From NCBI GenBank assembly GCA_973895155.1, contig OZ316891.1, forward strand, positions 12,088,771 to 12,152,770: 64,000 nucleotides of DNA, read 5' to 3'. Shown piece by piece: positions 59,478 to 64,000 of this stretch (positions are counted from its first letter, which is position 1; every line of letters starts with the position of its first letter). The notes under the pieces are model-generated. The model was not told the DNA's origin. It saw nothing but the letters and a program-made list of their open reading frames with translations, and did not search any database. This DNA comes from Marsupella aquatica (lineage: Eukaryota > Plantae > Marchantiophyta). Position numbers and translations under genes: made by a program.

Positions 59478-62400
59478 TCAAAAAACCGTAGGCTCGTAGA
59501 ATTGTGTTGGCGGGAAGGCTGTCCACACAGGATCAGGTTGGCGCCTGTGCGGTGGGTAGGGGTCGTAAAGTTTCAGCATAGAGTTGGGAACCACATCGTT
59601 GGACACCTTCGGCATCAGTGGATTGTGATCGTGCAGCCACTTTGCCAGCCATTTCTAGGACATCAGTAGAAGTCTGGAGTTAAGGTTACAAAACACAATG
59701 TGTAGTACTTAATTTATTTAGGAAGAGGTAATCAGCAGAAAGCAGAGTGACGGTCCTGGTGATTGTGCAAATCACAATTAGTTCCCACTGACTAACAACC
59801 ATACGACTTACACTGATAAGATCAACAATTGACAGGGCATGAAGGGAGTTTTTTTTTAAGGATACACAAACAGCGATGGGCTCCGAAGAGGGCTTCTCTT
59901 TGGCAAGAGCTGCGAGCGCCTTAACGAGAAGAGGATGCACACTCTTGGAGTAAAACTCGTCTGCAAGCGTCTTCGTTGGATATGGCTCCCAAACCACTGG
60001 TGCAGGAAAAATACGACGGTGAGTTAGGACTAAGGATAAGTAACTTTTGTCACAATCACATTAGGGGTCTAAAAAATTGGACTCGGGATTCATGATACAC
60101 AACTTTTTGCCATAAAGATTGGTCACATGCCATGACTATAAGAACCTGAGAAAAAGCTATAGCTATTTGTTTATGGTCAAAAGCTAGCATGTGTAACTAT
60201 GAAGCTTTGAGATGCCCTATAAGCTTATGTTCAATCTCTGTTTCAACCTCCAGACACCAATTATTGAAGGTGAACATAAACACATGTTGAGCAGGGGATC
60301 CTCTCTTCTGCTATCTAATAATAATCCCAATGTAAAGCTACACTCTAGTGCCTAAGGACTGGTGCTCAGTGAAGCACCCAGCGTGGGACTCTTGGTAGCC
60401 CAAGTGTTTGGGGAAGGGGAAGTGGAAAACGCAACCTTGGGCATGAGCAAGTACAATTGAATAATGTACTGAATTGATTTATCTCAGTCTGAAGACCGAC
60501 TAGTGATAAATAAAATCAATCAATTAAGAGCCACAAGCAACTAATTGATAGACTCATTAATGGAAAAGGTGGAGAAATAGCTTGCAACCAGTTAGGAGTT
60601 TGAGATGGTCACCCTCCTTACTAAGCCTAACCTTCTAAACTAAACATGATTTCAAATTTTACGAATGGTCCCTTTTTGCTAAGTAATGAGAATGAAAACT
60701 CATGCACATGAATTCACAAATATAATTTGTATCCCCAGTTCATGGCCTGCCTTTTCTCCCATCAAGATGCTTCTTCTGCTCGGGAATCATGGATTCTATT
60801 CCTGGCCATGGCACATTTACTGAACATATTTGGCAGTTTGCCAGTTTCTTGTGTATAAGATAATCGACCCAACTCTCTGGTCTTGGTCTGGCGTGGCCAT
60901 GTAGCTTCCTAACGTTCTCAGTCAAATTTTTTGTGTTAGAGAACTGATGGAAAGAAAACTTACTATCTGGGAAGAAGAATTTCATTTCACGTCGTGCATT
61001 ATCGATCGAGTCGCTGCCATGGATTGCATTCACTTTCCCACCAGTCCCAAATAGAGCACGTAAACTGCATATGTATACACGTACACCACCGTACAAAGTG
61101 AAATCAGAACGCCAATGAATGTATTCGATCTGTGTCTCGTCTGATCTAGTAGAGGAGAACAGATAAATTCGTGTAGTAGATGAGCTTACAATCACACTCT
61201 CTCAAACTGGTGGATAGCAAGCTTGAGATTCAACTTTCAAACAGAAATCAATTCATGGTTATATGCTCCTGTGTTGTCCACGATGCTGCAAACTAGTCTG
61301 TTGTGGATCTGTGAAGGTATGAATTCACGTTGGAAGAGATCCTGGGCATACCTTTTAGGGTGAGATTCCCGCGCCTTTTCAGGATCCTTTGGCCCCATAA
61401 GATTCCTGAACGCTCTGAGGCAGTTGACTCTGGCTAACGCCATGACAAAGATTGGTCGACTGCTCTTGGTCCGCGTTCGGTATATACATAATACCCACAA
61501 TTCACGAATCTAATGATTAGACGTCGGAATTATTTAGCTAGTTCGCTTCAGCTTTCGAAGCTTTTTTATGGGGATACATTCTGAGGGTTTGCGAGCAGTC
61601 ACACTAACCAGTTGTGTCGACTGAAGGTCGATCTAATTCTTTGGACAGACTTGGACAATCTGATTAATCGCTCATCAAAACTCAAACCGGAGTTTAGTTT
61701 ATCTATGGTAAGACTCTCCTCAGTAAGTTGACCAATTAAGAATCCTTAGTACAAGAAGATAGGTACCGCATCATATACTGAACCATTGAATCATAGTAGT
61801 CGGCTTTCTTGTGCGCGTCGTAGAACTCCTCAGCTCTTAGTTTGGTTAACTGGACGATCCATTCGTGTTGAGGATTTTGCCATGCACAGTTGACAAACGA
61901 AATGTTACTCAGTTGCATCCCGCAAGCAGCCCGAATTATGGTCACCTGTCAGTATTACAATTCCCTTCTTTCGATCCAGATTTTGTAAACTATGTAATAG
62001 GGGAGCTACAGTAGCTGATTTGGCCAGCCGTCGAGTCCTACACTCAGTGGTTCACACAGCAATTATGCAAATGAATTCAATGCCTTGGGTCTGAATCGCT
62101 GGAGAAGCGGCATTATTGGCTTTCCATGAGAAGGCTCAATTCTGAAGAAACCAGGATTTCTCTTGACTGGCCATTCACGAACATCTGGACTCAGTGACTA
62201 GCTACGCAAACCAGTGCCTTGGATCTGAATTTTGTTCATCGATGGTCGTACTTAGTTAGATGAATATTTCCGTGAGTAAACCGACTGAACTGTCGGGAGT
62301 ACAGTACGTATCCTCACTTTTTTTAACTTTGAACGGTCGATTGAACGATGTCCCGCTTTTTAAGAGAATGGAGGAAAGTTAAGATTTGTCAAGGTATTTA

Positions 62401-62848
62401 CAAAATACAAAAGCTACCAGCGGTGAAAACTTGTGAAGAAAAAAGCAAAAGAAATAAATCAAGAAAGCTAGCCAATTAGGCAATCTCGGGACTCCAACTC
62501 CCAATTTAGTACATTGAGTTCCGAATTGTATCACGGAGCTTTGCTCTCAATTCAGATTTTCAGCTATTGGACATTAAATTAACAATCAGCTTCTGATGAC
62601 AGTGTTAGCTGACTAGCAGCATTGATTGTTACGCATATGAGTACAGTGGGACCACAAATTGCATCTGTGGAATGTACCTTGAATCTGCCGGCTTTGAGAA
62701 TGGTGAACTTGTGTTTATGTATCATGTACAAGATTTCTTTCTTGAACCCCGCCTCAAGAGCGTCCGGCTTGATGATTGCTATAGTGGTCTCCATCGGCTT
62801 GGTATGGCGTGTGGCTGGCCGAGGTCTCCTTAAATACAATATCTCCAT
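59478..62848 (-). CDS. NME5: Ciliary NDP kinase homolog with C-terminal Dpy-30 motif (NME5/RSP23-like), multi-exon
   Basis: ETTIAIIKPDA, AEEFYDAH, FRNLMGP, SLRALFG...NAIHGSDS...REMKFFFP, then VHPLLVKALAALAKEKP...KWLAKWLHDHNP (Dpy-30-like). Stop at 59478-59480; start at 62848 or 62794. Confidence 0.85.
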
Positions 62849-64000
62849 AATTGTTAGTGAGGATTCCCCGGGCGGTAGCTACAGTAGGCCTTCAGGATGT
62901 TTCTCGTAACCGAGAGATCTACACTAACTCTTAACTTCGAACAGTCAAGAGGATCATGCGGACAACCTCTCAAATCTGCACGCGCCCCCTCTTATCTCGA
63001 TCTTACTCAGCACTCCACCTACCAAAACTGAAAGGTGAACGGAAGAATATTTCATAATGTGTAATTAATGCCTGCGAAGCTTTACTCCTGGTCCCGTAGC
63101 GCTGGACGAAACGAAATTCTCCTTTCTACGGAATTAAAGCACGGCAGCTGTACGTAGATCTGAAGAATTGGAGTCGATTGGATCAAGCAGATGCACCAAA
63201 AAATCCTCAGGCTATTGTTGCAGATAATCCTGGAAGTGTCGCTAGACAAGGTCATGAGCAATCACGTCTCTGAGGTTTGAGCCAGAGATCCGGAGGAATG
63301 AATGACGAAGGCTTCACCACCAAATGGCTCTTCTGATACGACTGATCGATCGTTCAGAAAGTACAGACCATCAGGAGACCGATGAAGATTCTACGCAGAC
63401 ATCAAGCGAACGGAGGAGGATGCTGCAATATTCTTTCGAATGTGATAATATTTCTTTTGCGTGCAGATGACTAGCTAAAATCCATATTTCTTTCCATATA
63501 TTCAACGTCGAACGGAAAGAGTGGGATGAGTGAAATATCTTCCAGGCGGGAATGATCTTGCAACTGCCTCGGCCGGATGCATAACCGATTCAAAACTGTG
63601 CAAACAACTGCCTCCGGACAAATCGGAGCCACAACCTAAAGTTTCACTACATAATCACTCAAGCGGCAGTAGTGCAGCAGTTCGTGCTCAAGGTCACACA
63701 TTAAGCACGCAATTACAATGGAGTGGGAGCCCATGTCACTTTGCAAACTCCTTACAAGCAAAAGTAGGCGTCGGTTGAGGAGATTTCGCATTTTTACGGT
63801 GTAGCGCGAGGGCGCAGTTTTGCCAGATGTTGAAGGATAAACTTCAAAGACGACTACAGTGATGATTGTGTAGGGTCGTTCACCTAATTAAGTCAATGTT
63901 CCGACATGACCTTGCAGAAACAATCATCGGCCAATGCCTAAACTCCCAGAAGACGGGATATCGTCTTCAATAGACTGCTCCTTTAAGCATATCAAAATCG

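Overview
Eukaryotic, intron-containing land-plant DNA. A ciliary NME5-type NDP kinase plus plant genes suggest a lineage with flagellated sperm, possibly a bryophyte such as a liverwort (inference). Host genes: a PDF1-like secreted protein (+), an ABCC/MRP transporter (-), an aldo-keto reductase (-), a small COA3-like membrane protein (+), a conserved plant protein of unknown function (-) and NME5 (-). Two mobile elements carry DNA-modification domains. (1) The right end of a CACTA DNA transposon (terminus at 6289) contains an intact, spliced gene with a ParB/DGQHR-like domain and a beta-class N4/N6 DNA-methyltransferase-like domain. It is probably splice-fused to an FCP1/HAD phosphatase domain, and one intron holds a hairpin tandem array. 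(2) A decayed Ty3/Gypsy retrotransposon (about 42.4-50.0 kb) has a DNMT3-like C5 methyltransferase between protease and RT, and a PHD finger after the integrase. There is also a possible older Gypsy-DNMT relic, a solo-LTR-like element, a LINE fragment, several tandem arrays and an inverted-repeat-flanked G-rich cassette. All domain calls come from motifs read by eye; no searches were run.
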